A program made the translations under genes and the position numbers. Of a DNA stretch of 64,000 nt, positions 38,601-52,277 are shown piece by piece. The notes under the pieces were generated by a model. That model made no database searches. It was given only the letters and a program-made list of their open reading frames with translations, and was not told the origin of the DNA. Where the stretch lies: positions 190,774,001 to 190,838,000 of the forward strand of contig OZ024740.1 of the NCBI GenBank assembly GCA_964016885.1. The letters are read 5' to 3'. Source of the DNA: Eledone cirrhosa (lineage: Eukaryota). How positions within the stretch are numbered: position 1 is the stretch's first letter; every line of letters begins with the position of its first letter.

Positions 38601-41364
38601 ATATCTAGATAGGGTATTTTGTAGGGAAATAGATAGGTCTAGCATAGACTGTTCACAATTGAAGATAGTCAGCTACGCGGACCAAAATTCCTGATCTGTG
38701 TGGATGACTTAGATAGGCTTCATAGACGAGGACCCGGCTACTGGAAGCTAAAGGCGTCCTTACCATCCCGCAAAGCCTACAGACACCGGATTAGCGTGGG
38801 TGCTCTCAGGCACAAGGGGACGAAAGCCGTCCAATGGGCCCGATTGGCGGAGGCGCGTCGTGGCGACAAAGCCACGATCCGGTCTTTGGTGGGCCACAAC
38901 GGGCGCATGCTACTCGAACCCGGGCAAATGAGTGAAGCTTTTCAGCGACACTTCGCTCAGCTGTTCGGGGGCAGCGGTCAACAGGGTCGAGGGATGGACT
39001 TTAGTATCTACCTCGACGGACTGCCGCTGCTCTCGGCCACTGAGGCGGAGTGTTACGCCAAGTCGATAACAGTCGCTGAAGTACGGGAGGAAATGACTGG
39101 CTGCACAAGGGGTAAATCGCCTGGTTTGGACGGTCTGCCCTATGAACTTTACGTACAGATGCCAGACTTGTTCGTAGGCCTCTTGGCGGACGTCTACTGC
39201 AACTGGCAGCAGAACGGGAGAATTCCCAGCTCAGTGGGCTGAGGAGCTGTGGCGCTGCTGAGAAAGGATCCGAACAAACGGGATAACTTACATAATTTCA
39301 GGCCCACAACTCTGCTAAACACAAAGTTCAAGATTTTGGCCAAGGTGCTAGAAAAGAAGTTGGCGCTTGTCGTTGGTGGTCTGGTGGGAGAGGCACCGTT
39401 CCCGACAGATCATCCACGACAACCTCCACCTCATGCGATACATCGTAGAGATGGTAGCTAGGGAACCTGGCACGGGTCGGTCCTTGATCAATTTAGATCA
39501 GTCGAAAGCTTTCGATAGGGTCTGCCGTCGTTACCTAGCGGCAGTCCTGAGGGCGGCTGGATTTGGGCCCGTCTTCAGAGGATGGATCGCTGCAATGCGC
39601 AGCGACATCTGCTCCTAGGTGAGAGTGAGCGGTCACCTTTCGGAACAGTTCAACATCATGCGCTCGGTCCGCCAAGGTTGTACCTTCACATCCCTCTTGT
39701 ACGTATTGAGTCTTGAGCAATTATTGCACAAACTGGAGACGTTGAGGCGGTCCCGCGCGAACTAGGATGCGGAAGCTCCGTGTCAGCATATGCGGACGAT
39801 GTCACCGTAGTGGTATCAAACGCCAAACACATCGAGGTGATCGGCACTACACTAAGAGAATACGAAGCGGTGACAGGAGCAATGATCAACCAGGAAATGT
39901 CAGTGGGCCGGCAGCTCGGCACCTGGAGAGGCAGGTCCATGCCGTCCAACAGCGTCGTCGAGCGCAGGACGGACGGACCGGTTAAATTGCTCGGTGTCTG
40001 TTACGGTCCGGACCTCCAGACGGACAAAAACTGGGACGAGGTGACGTGCAGGGTGACTTCTCTCACCCAGAATGGGCGGAGAGGAAGCAATCCCTGAAAG
40101 GTCGAGCGGAAGTGGCTGACGCCTACATCACGTCCGTCATCTACTACCGCCTGACCGTCGTACCTTGTCCTAACCCCCGCCTGACTGCGCTGGAGCGTTT
40201 GCTCTTTCGATTTTTGTGGAAGGGACGCGCTGCGATGGTCAGGCGGTCCATCTGCTGTCAACACCCGCTACGTGGAGGGCTGGGAATGCCGTGCCTAATG
40301 ATACGCAGACACGCGCTCAGGCTACGACATCTCCACCTCTTCCTCGACGGTGATCAGGTGTGGTCGCCGTTTGCTAGACGCGTCTTGCCCCAGCTCGTCT
40401 CCTTGGCGGAGCTGCAGTCCTAGGTCAAGCGAAGACCGAGAGGGAGCGCTTGGAGACTAGAATGTCTTCAGGCGCTCACAGCCCTTGACTAATCGGGCAA
40501 TATGATCGGTGGAAACTCCACCTTGGCGTTCTATAGAAGATTAGTGGAGGGAAAGAGCGACGACTTACTTGGGGAAACTCTAGGCGTCGACGAAAATCAA
40601 CTAGCCAATCTCTTCGGAAGTACTTTCGGGCCGGGGCCTATGTAAAACTTCCAGAAATCCGAGGCCTGGCAGTGCTACCAGGAGCTTTGCCATTTCGGGA
40701 TAAAGTGTACAGGCATAGAGGTGCCGTCACCTGGGCATGTCCGAGATGCGCGCACGGCGACGAAACCGTCCTGCACGCACCCGGGCCAGTGTCCCAGCAT
40801 TGCTGACTTGTGGATTTATGTCGAACACCTGCTGTCGCGTGTAGGACGGATCCAGCTATCGGCTGAGTACATCGTGAGAATTTGCTTCGACCTCTTCCTT
40901 TAGCCGGGAAGGGCAGGCAGTTTGTATCTGTCTGGTGGCCATGGCGTAAGAGATAGTATAGTGGACACGTTTGAAAGGGCTGAAGACGAGCACTTACCTC
41001 TTCGGTGATGCCCTGATTAACTTTTTCAAATTTCATTTGAAAAGGAAAATCAGGGTAGAGAGGGAAGTGCTCTCTTCCCAGCATTTTGTTGAAAGATGGG
41101 TGAGAAAGGCAGATGGGTGAGTATGTGTCTGTAAATTAAAGGTGGAAAACTGGGAGAGGGCACTTGCGCCGGTGGTCAGGGTCACTGTGGCTTTTTAATG
41201 AGCTTTCTCCACGAATGACCCTCGCAATTTTTCATTTTTATTTTTTTATTACATACACTGTTTTTGTTTTTTACCCGCAGAAATGCCCATTTTTACCATC
41301 CTGTATTGTCCTGTACTGTCCTTAATGCCTACTTTATGTAAACCCATGTGGTTAATAAAGAAAG

Positions 41365-41365
<1 letters not shown>
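35700..41365 (+). mobile_element. Tx1-group LINE copy T4, subfamily-B ORF2 with divergent ORF1, full length and degenerate
   Basis: ORF1 with CLDCGEGTHLRAFC knuckle; ORF2 38051-~41134 with SAYADDV; AATAAA at 41354 then (ATT)n; ~250-bp deletion near 38795. Confidence 0.92.
37573..37747 (+). mobile_element. tRNA-derived SINE inserted into T4 ORF1
   Basis: Same family as 25048; TSD attaaatttgaa / attaagtttgaa at 37561-37572 and 37748-37759. Confidence 0.9.
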
Positions 41366-41407
<42 letters not shown>

Positions 41408-44400
41408 GGTCTGTTCGGACGTCTTTCTGGCTCGCTCCAAGTAAGTCGCTTTATTTGCCTGTTAAAATTATTTGTTGTTAAATATTTCTTGTTGTGTAAG
41501 GGTTATAAGCCCTTAGACTAGTCCTGTGAAGGGGGAAGTATAATATTTGGGCCTTTTGGCCCAAATATTTGAACTATTTTTTTACATTTTAAAAATGCAC
41601 GGGGAAAAAAACATGGCTGAGCCACGCCCCCCAGCGATATGTCTGCTGTCGTGCGACAACGACGTAGAAGTTGAGAGGAGCGCTAAAGCGAAATTAACAC
41701 AGATTGCTAACACAAACACCACCATAAACAATGTGAATAAAGACACCAATGATATCAATGAGTACCGTAATTTTGAAAAAAATGACAGTAACAGCCTAAA
41801 CGAAAATACAGATAACAAAAACAAAAAACAAATGCAACAACAATATCAACACCACTAACATGAAAACAAATAGCGACAACACCAACAGCAACAATACCAA
41901 CTGCACCGAGAACAACGGCGGTAAGAAAGACAACTATGATAACAGCGACAGTGATAACCGCAACACCAACAAGACCAACGACAACGACAACAACACCCCA
42001 ACGAAAACAAGAAGAACACTTTCGCTACGGCAGCAGGAAAAAAGAGGCCATGCTTCAACATGGACCTCTCAAACAGAGATGAAAAGTTGACCCAGGCATG
42101 GAAGCTCATCAAGCAAGAGCAAACCTAGGCCAACTTAACTGTCCCGGTAGAAGCTATTGAGGCAGTAGAGCGCAGAATGGTGCATTATAGATGCATCTCA
42201 GCACAAACCAAAAGGGCAGCTTTAATCCCACAAGAAGATGTCGTGGTCGCGCTGAGGTGCATCAGAGAAGACACCGAATACATAGAGAGAGGCAGACAGC
42301 ACGGCACCATTTCGGTGTTGTTCAAGTCAGAAGCCCTCGCTATGAAACACGCTATGACTCGTTGCAAAACCACCAAGGTCATAATGTACCCCTCCCACAT
42401 GGGAAAAAGAACGGCCCGTCTCCGCATTCCCAGAATCCCACCAGGACTTGACATCTGGTAGCTTCTGGGATGTGTGATTGTGGAGGGGGACAGATACCAT
42501 CCCTATAGAAGTGACCAGAAAGGCCAGACTGGTCCGGAGTTGACCTGGAGATCCTTCTCCAGATAAGGCCCGAGAATGTGAAGACAATCCCGGACCACAT
42601 CCGCCTTCATAATGGGACGGTCATTCACATTATGACCGAAGGCAAAGGCCACAGTGTTTTGTTTGTGGGGAAAAAAAACATTTGCGAGCCTTCTGCCCTC
42701 AACTGCTGAAAGAGGCAAGGGGTCGAAAGGCTCCGGTGTTGCCGACGCAGGGGCGAGGACCACAACCAACACCAGCACCGGCAAAACCACCAACCACAAC
42801 ACCAATAGAAAGACCACCACCAACATTGACCACCCAGGGGGGAAACTAGGAAATCTGTCACACCCCCCCCCCCAATAAATACACACACCAATAAAACCAT
42901 AAACATACATACAGACACAGTTACAGACACAGACCCCTCATCTAACAGTAGTGAAGATGAGGGAAAACCAAAATCACCCAAAATACAAAAAAGGAAACAC
43001 AAAAAGAAAAACAAACTCAACAAAGGACAAAATCACCCACAATAAAAATCGCAGACACCAACCACGCAAAAAATTACTCCAATAACACCAACATCAACAC
43101 CACCATCAACATAACCAGAATGCCCCAAACGCAAACTTCCTAAACAGACGCAAGAACAAATATACACACAAACATCTGAAACCACAGACATAGTACTCAC
43201 AATAAACACAGATACAACCGAAACAACACCACCAAAACCATCACCACCACAGCCACGCAAACAAATAAAATCACACCAACAAAACATACAAAACTTCTTG
43301 CTCGTCAAGAGGGCCAACAAGGAACCGATGGCCCTCGTAGCACGAAGTGAAAATATACAAAAAGAGGGGAAATGTTTAAATCGAGCACATTTCGCGTGCC
43401 GGAAGATTTGGTTCTGGTGCGAATGTCGATCGATTTATTGAAAGAAATACGAGACAGCTTTCCTTGGGATGTGGGAACCCTCGAACGTAAAACCCACTTC
43501 AAGACTTTTAAAGGGGTTCCCAAAAGAAACCACACCAACTATAGAGGTAGAACAACCCGACCTTCACAAGAGCCCGGAAGGTAAGTAAACCTTCCTCTCT
43601 CTCTTTTTAACCTGCCAACATGGCCGTATTAAGAATAGGATGTCTAAATGTTCGAGGCCTGGGATCGGCCTGTAAGCAGGGTCACCTACTCAACGATCTC
43701 AGGTCTATAGAAATGGATGTAATTGCCGTCAGCGAGCCCAGGATTTCTGACACGCGCGCACTAGCCCCCATTTTCGACGACTATCAGATCTTTGCATCTG
43801 TTAGCCGGCCGGCAATGGGAGGCGGGGTGGCAGTGCTGTTTAGGAAAGGCCTGGATCTCGAGGTAAGGTCGATCTTCCGGGACCCCGACGGGAAGTTGGT
43901 GGTCCTGGACGTGAACAATAACGAAGGTGGTGCCTTTAGACCGGTGGCCGTCTATGCTCCTACTTGGGCAGGACGGCCGTACTTCTATAGACGCCCGGAA
44001 GCCTTTCTGGTTACGTCTCGCCCTTTACTGTTAGCGGTGACTGGAACGGCATCTTAGACGCACGCTGGGACTGTGTGGGAGTATCCAATAGGAGTGTGGG
44101 GGGGGGGGGGGGGTACAGAAGCCTCAAGAACCTGATCAGCCAGTTCCAACTGTCAGACAGGTACCGACTAGATTTCCCCAATGCGCCAGTGTGGATCTGG
44201 GCTAACTGCATAGGGTCATCTAGATCGTATACGGACAGGATATTCATTACGAAAATAGACAGAAATAGTGTAAGTTGTCCACGTTTTAAAACGTTCACCT
44301 ATTCAGATTATAAGTTTGTGATCTGTATGGTCGACCTAGATAAGACGCGTAGGTTAGGACCTGGTTACTGGAAGCTAAACATGTCATTTCCGGCACGTAA

Positions 44401-47250
44401 GGCTTACATGGACCAGGTCAACAATTTAGTTAAGAAAAAGTGGACAGGGGGAATCGTCAACCATAGATGGGGGGGGGGCTCTCAAAAGAGAGATTAGAGT
44501 AATGTCGATAGAGTTTAGCAAGGAAGTAGCGTTAGAGAAAAAAAGAAAGGAGGGGGAGTTGGTAGATAAGTTAGACGAGGCTATTGGTAGTGGCATTGCA
44601 ACTGACGTGCTAGCGGCGAGAATTGCATTATACCATTTCATCAATGCGAAACGCGAATGTTGCATTGTCAGAGCTAAGGCGCGTGCAAGGAGAAACGAGT
44701 GCGAGGGAACGAAAGCTGTTCGATGGGCCCGCGTGGCTGAGGCGCAGCGTGGTAATAAAACCACGATTCGGTCTTTGACGGACCGAGACGGACACGAGCT
44801 GAGCGATTCCAAGAGGATGTGTGAGGCCTTTTACCAACATTTTGCTCGGTTGTTCGGGGGAAGTGGCGGGTCAGAGATGGTGGCGGACTTCTGTCCCTAC
44901 CTCGATGGCTTGCCCCAACTCTCCACGGCTGATGCTAGGCGCAGCGAACGGCCAGTTACTTCAGCCGAGATTCAGGATGCCCTTGTCGGCTGCATGAGGC
45001 GCAAGTCACCCGGTTTGGATTGTCTGCCCAACGAGCTTTACGTAAATATGCCAGACTTGTTCCCCAATGTCCCCGAAGCCCTCTACTGCAACTGGCAGCA
45101 AAATAGGAGTATTCCCAGTTCTGTGAGCCGGGGCGTAGTAACGCTGATAAGGAAAGACGAGAACAAGAGGGACACATTAGACAATTTCAGGCCCATAACT
45201 CTGCTCAACACAAAGTTTAAGATTTTGGCCAGGGTGTTAGCGAAAAGGTTGGCGCTTGTCGTCGCGGATTTGATTGTGTAGGCGCAAACTTGCGCAATCC
45301 CAACGACATCCTCCACCTAATGCGATACATCATAGAGAGGGTAGGGTGTAAACCTGGCTTCGGTGGGTCTCTGATCAATTTAGATCGATCGAAAGCATTC
45401 GATAGGGTCGACCAGCGGTACCTGGAGGCTGTCCTCAAGGCGTCTGGCCTCGGCCCCGTCTTCAGAAGCTGGATTGCTGCAATGCACAGCGGGACCGGCT
45501 CGATTGTCAAAATTAAGTGTGCCCTCTCTCCTCCCTTATGTACGTATTGACTCTAGAGCCTTTACTGCGGAAGCTGGAGCTGTTGCAGGGCATCCCGCTC
45601 AGACCAGGAAGCGGAAAGACTGTGTCGGCTTATGCGGACGACATCACCGTGATGGTGTCGGACACCACAGAAATCGAGATGGTCGGCAACTTATTGGAGG
45701 AATATGGAAGGTTGACGGGAGCAAAACTTAACCCGGAAAAGTGGGTGGGCTTGCAACTCGTTACCTGGAGAGGCAACTCCATGCCGTCCAACGACGTCGT
45801 TAGGCGCTGGACGGACGGACCGGTAAAGTTGCTAGGGGTTTGGTTTTGGCCGGACCTCCAGGTGGATAAGAATTGGGATGAGGTGACGGGCTGGGATGAA
45901 GCTATCACTGAAAGGTCGGGCGGAGGTGGCAAACGCGTACATCGCGTCGGTCATCTACTACCGTCTGACCGTCGTCCTTTGCCCCCGTTCGCGCCTCACC
46001 ATCTTGGAGCGGCTTCTCTTCAAATTCTTGTGGAAAGGTCAGGTTCCGCTCGTGAGGCGGTCTATCTGCTGCCAGCACCCTCTACGTGGAGGGCTGGGCA
46101 TGCCGTGGCTAATGATGCGTAGGCACGCGCTGAGGCTGCGGCATCTCCAGATATTCTGCCTAAACGGTGAACAGGTGTGGTCGCCGTTTGTCAGACGGGC
46201 CTTTCCGCAGCTTGTTTCTTTGACTGAGCTGCAGTCCTGGGTCAAGAAGAGACCGAGACTGCGTAATTGGCATCTGCAATGTTGCGAGGCACTTACTGCC
46301 CTCTACCAGGCGGGCAATGCGGTGAATGGATCTTCCACTCTCGAGTTCTATAGAGGATTAGTGGTGGGCAAGTGCAATGACGCAGTCGGAGAGGCTCTGG
46401 GAGTCAACGAAGTCGAACTAACCAGTCTGTACCGGAAGACTTTCGAGCCGGGGACGATGGATAATTTCCAAAAATCCCTCGCTTGGCAGTGCTACCGGGG
46501 GGGGGGGGCACTGCCGGTTCGAGATAAACTTTACAGGCACGGAAGTGCTGTCAGACGGACCTGCCCGAGATGCGCGCAGAGCGACGAAACCGTTCTGCAC
46601 GCACTCGTCCAGTGTCAGTGCATTACTGACTTGTGGAGTTATGTTGAACAGCTGTTGTCGTGTGTAGAAGGGATCCAACTATCGGTCGAGTCCATAGTAA
46701 AGATCGACCTTATTTTGGGCAGGAAGGGCCGGCAATTTTCCTCAGTCTGGTGGCAGTAGCGAAAGAGGTTGTATGGTGAACGAGGTTGAAATGACTGAAG
46801 ACAGACACTTTTCTCTTCGGCCAATCCCTTATCAACTTTTTCAAGTTTCACTTGGGAAGGAAGGTGAGGGTGGAGAGAGAAGTGCTGGCTCCCAGTACAT
46901 TTGCTGAAAGGTGGGTGAATGTGGCGAGAATGGCCCGTGTGAGTGGGCCTACTCTGCTTATGCGGCTGTAGTTAGGTAAATTTGAGGAGGAGAGGGGTGC
47001 CCTTCCATGGTGCTATCGAAGCGTCGGGTCGTTCAAGATTGGTGGGGTACCTGAGCGAACGCTGGGTGGTCATCCCCCCTATTGGGGAATTTTTTCTTGT
47101 TGTAATTTTCTTGTTACTTTATTGTTACTTTGTTTTTGTTACCTTGTTAATGTTATTCATATTGTTTACTCGATTTTTCTGTAAAACCCCACTGTCCCAG
47201 TCTTTTGTATTGTCCCCTATATGTCGGCCCTTGTGGCCAATAAATGAAAT
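41408..47250 (+). mobile_element. Tx1-group LINE copy T5, subfamily A, full length and degenerate
   Basis: ORF1 ATG 41613 to stop 43584 (CFVCGEKKHLRAFC); ORF2 43620-46971 with SAYADDI and CPRC...HALVQC; AATAAA at 47239 then degenerate (ATT)n. Confidence 0.92.
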
Positions 47251-47284
47251 AATTAATATTATTGTTATTATTGTTAGTATTATT

Positions 47285-47375
47285 GACTTTGCCTTTCATC
47301 CTTACGGGCTCGATAAAATAAAGTACCATTAATGCACTGGGTAATTGCTGGCCTTGTGCCTATAGTATAAACAAT
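47285..47375 (+). mobile_element. 5'-truncated SINE in the (ATT)n tail of T5
   Basis: actttgcctttcatcc...ggccttgtgcc...aaacaattatt; ATT repeats on both sides. Confidence 0.85.
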
Positions 47376-50300
47376 TATTACTATTATTATTCTGTTGATT
47401 CATTGCGTGTTTATCCCTGTATAAGCTTAGCTAAGCAGAACTATGATCAGACGCATTTCAACCAGGGCAAATTTGTTTATTTTGTTCATAACTGAGACTA
47501 CATTGGTTTATGTATGATTTCATGTTGGGATATGACGGGAAGTGTCTGTTAATTTCATCAGGCCGTGTGACCATTAAGAAACCATATGACTGTCTTCAGA
47601 CTTGTTGATTATGTACTACAAGCAACACAAATATATGAAAATATTAACAACCAAAACAAAGAAAACATTTCCTGTTTCGCAGTAGCCATTTGTATTAAAT
47701 ATTACCAGAAACTTTGTCAGTGATATGTGAATAATTGAAGCTTAACAACACACAAAAAAAAGTCTGACGCTTAAGAATTTATGAAAAAATATTTTCCATT
47801 ATGTGAAATTATATGTATACACGTGTAAACAGAAACTACAGACACTACAGTCCTTGACATACATTTAGAATTGCATTATATAATTAGGTACAATTCCTCA
47901 AATTTGTTGGATGGATATAATCAATAATTGCCTCACTTACTCAACTTGTATTTCAGTAAACAAGGCAAACCTGTCTCGAAAGGACTTGAACCCTGAACAC
48001 TAATGGATTAATTGCTTGGGATAAACTCAATATATATATTTCATACAATAAGTACGAATTTCAGTTTAGTTACGAATTTAATTATCGGTCTATTTATTTT
48101 CGTTTCCCTACGCATCTAACTAAAACCTGGTTCATGTCAAATATAGATTTATATTATATTAGTTAGATAATATATTAATGAAATAGGATACTGGAATCAC
48201 AATGTATTTTATATTTACGATGGCTATATATATATAGGAATATATGCCTACCCATAGACCTGATCTAGATATATTTCAGAATAAACGCACCGTCGAAATT
48301 ATTCTACAGAATATAGAAAGTAAATGTTAATTATTGCACATTGTGTACTCTAATTCCCTATATCGAAGTATAAAAGTGATTAATATATGGTACCCAATTG
48401 TATTCATGATATGTTCATTATTTAACCTATGTTTTAAATAGCCCGGACACCCTCTTTTATTTTTATTTGTTCTCAATATTTCTATTGATATTGTGTACGT
48501 TATATTGAATTGTTCAATGTCTCGAAACAGCATAATGACAGCATTTCTCCTAATGTGTTAGTGTAGTTAACCCGCAAAATAATAACGGTATTCTATATCT
48601 GAATATCATATTAGTTCAATATATACGTGCCACACATGTTCATTATGTTGAATGTATTTTAGAATTTGCCACATTGCAATAATTGACATATACTCACTTT
48701 CTGTTTTCTGATTATAGGGAAAGCGATTTACACCTGCAGACTAATTTCATTTATATGCAAGCAATAAACTACGGTGGCCCATAGTGTATCACTTGTTTAA
48801 CAATAATTTCCGACTAATGGATATAAAGATTTGTTTACTGTATGAATGCAATCACGTAGCGGTTCAATGGACTATTATGGTAGTAAGCCTTTTAGTGTAA
48901 ATATGACATCTTATAATGATTTTGATATATATAACTAACCATAAGCTACTATCTTGTTTTCACATCTCATACAATTGCAAATATCGAAACCAAGCATGTT
49001 TATAGTTATTCACTTCTGTGCATCCATTTATATCTCTTAAATGTCTAGATTGCATGCTTATCCAGATTGGTATCGAATTCAATTTAGAATGTTAATATAC
49101 AGAGAATTAAAATGATTGGCGTTCATGGTAGCATAATCTGGGCAAAAGTGCGGAGATATTATTTGCCATGGGCAAATTTAATACGATCAATCATCATTCG
49201 TATTCGCATTGAGAAAGGTAATCTTTTTCAAGGCTATACAGAATCACGTTCTTATAATCTATTGGCATCGATCCAATTAGGAGCAACACTTGTTAAATTA
49301 GTTATTCCCCAGTTGGGAATGTTCTACTTATTAACATTTCAAGAAAATTATGATATGCAGATCTTCTTCATCCCAAATAACTGATTACGATATGAATATT
49401 TGAAACATGTGATGATCCCAACGCTACTATTATAATTGAAACAATTTCATTTATCTAGAATTACAACTGAAAATGTTCAATATTGCCACTCTTTAACTTC
49501 ATACATATAGGAACCCATTTCGTTTGGCAGTAATAATATTGGCCATGTGCTTACATACTCACAAATGCATATATTTATGAGGACGTAATATTTCTCAACA
49601 TAATTCCTTCCCTATATGATTCATATCATGTAAATTCAACAGTTTATATTTAGCATAAATCCATTTAAAGTTGTAGTAAATTCCTTATATATGTGTTCAT
49701 AAAATGTACACTCCTATATTTTACTCTCAGATGTATGTTCAAAGATAATGATTATATACCCTTTTTGATTGGATTCATGTGTGTACACTAGATAGAGTAT
49801 ATCACTTACATTTTATTGATACATGGATGGATAGTTAGAAATCGTAGATGTATATTCATTTTGTATATTTCTTTTGAACTATATATTTCTTTTGAAATTT
49901 CCATTCAGGTAAATAAATATTTCTCTTCAAAGATATACCTATAATTAGTAACGATAGCGAAAACAACTTTAAGGGTCTCCAAAAGGAAGCTTCTGATTCA
50001 TCGTTTTATCAGGTATATATAAGAGCTACATTCCCCACATATCCAACCAGACCTTCTACGAAAGATGAATATATTAGGCAATGTGGTAATAGACTGGATA
50101 TTCGTGACTTGAATATGTGTGCTTATAAACTGCTTGATTCTTACTGAACATAAAATAAAACAACAATAATCATTTATGCTGTTAATTTCCTTTTATAACA
50201 GTATACTCTTCTATGTGTAAATCTAATGTAATGGAATTCGTCAGTGTTATTGCATATCAATCAATATTTGCAAAGAAAGATAATACATACTATTATAGAC

Positions 50301-51344
50301 TTCTAAATTGCATATCCTCAGACTGTGATCAAACTCATCTTAATCCGTCCTATAATACGAACGTTCAATCTCGTGTAGTAATGTTGAAACAAATAGTAGT
50401 TTCTATGCTGATGTATCTCAGATGAACAAAGGCCCGTTATAACAACAGCCACTAATCTAAACAGATTTACAGCATATAATGTTATACTAACTTTACAAAC
50501 TTGTATGTGATATTGAAAATAAGAAGCTGGATATTATACAAGAAGCATGCATACTATGGAGAGTCAAATAATAGACAAGCGATTAAATATTTACTAAATA
50601 TATTTATGGGTTAATTGATTGCAAAGAAAATAATTCACAATGATCAAATATAATATGGTCACAGAATCTAGCCAAAGTTTGTACAAGTAATACGAAGGAT
50701 GCCTCAATTTAGAATGCATATTTTGGTGCAATACAGCTGCCTCCAATTCAATATGTGTTTTAAGAAACAAGAAAATCGGTAAAATGTATATTTGAGGATG
50801 GTTCACTGTGGTTTACAAGAAACAAAATTCAATCAATAATGTTATCAATAATACAAATAAGTTGAAACTGGAGTAAGGGACATTTGTTATAGCTTTGGAT
50901 GACTAATAATGGGTTAACGAAATGTTCTAGTCGGAATATATATATATGTTGTTAGAGACAAATCATGTTTTAAAATATATAAATTACTTCTACCTGATAA
51001 GAAATGTGTTATTCATTTGAAATCATCTGGTACGTATCGATAATTATTGCAGGAATCTGAAAATATGTGGGTTCTGATATAATATTAAATCTTCAGTACG
51101 TGGTAATTCTAAATATATCGATTAAAATGAGTGATTTTCATGTGAACGTAATATTAAAAAATAACAGAAATCGCGTATGGATCTCTTCTTCCTATTGGAT
51201 TGTAATATCTACACCATTTTTATTGAATTTCTAATTAGATAAAAATTAATTAAAAATTAAATCAAATAAAAATGGCGTAGACATTACAATACAATAGCAG
51301 GAACCATCGATGATGGTGCAGTTGTGCAACGAAAGAAATTTGAT

Positions 51345-51384
<40 letters not shown>

Positions 51385-51439
51385 TATACAGATATTATAA
51401 ATATAGATATAAAAAATAGATATACAAAATACAGATGCA

Positions 51440-51472
<33 letters not shown>

Positions 51473-51972
51473 CCAACATTTAAATTAAATTGAGGGTATC
51501 ATGTGAAAGAGACATGCGCCATATCCACTGTAAATTATGCTCCAAGATTCCAATGAATAGATCTGAGCATTTTATATCAACGTTGAGACGAAGCTGGCGC
51601 CATGTCTGTATTTCTATTAAATGCAACACGAGATAATAGTTAGTCACAGATTTGAATTTGATGAGCAAACACAGAAAGTTAAGTCTTCTTCCTTGTTGAA
51701 AATTCAGGATTTGGCTACTGTCGTTTATCAATCGATTAATTGGTCAAATATATTTCTTTAATGAAATATATACAGGGAAGATTAATCAATTCATGGGTAT
51801 CTATTTTTGAAGTTCTAGTTAAATTTTAATTAGTTACCCACATATCTGTGTGGGCTAACACACTTTTACAGATTATCCACTCTGATTGTTTCATATGTTT
51901 ATTTTAGATATATATATATATATATATATGTCAATCAATTCCTAGTTGATATATATATGTATATATAGTGAA

Positions 51973-52187
51973 GGCGTGTGGCTGAGTGGTTAGAGAACTG
52001 TATTCGCAATCGTAAGGTTGTGAGTTCGATTCCTGGACCAGGCAATGCGTTATGTCCTTGAGCAAGACACTTTATTTCACGTTGCTCCTTCTACCTGGAG
52101 TTGCGACCGATAGATAGTATTAGCAATTGGAAAGACCAACGGAAACATTGTTCCCTCGCTCCGATTTGACAACAAAGTCGATCGTTC

Positions 52188-52190
<3 letters not shown>
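51973..52190 (+). mobile_element. tRNA-derived CORE-like SINE (second family)
   Basis: A-box TGGCTGAGTGG, B-box GTTCGATTCC, then tgtccttgagcaagacactt (CORE-like); embedded in (TA)n; 3' boundary approximate. Confidence 0.75.
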
Positions 52191-52240
<50 letters not shown>

Positions 52241-52245
52241 TTATA

Positions 52246-52277
<32 letters not shown>

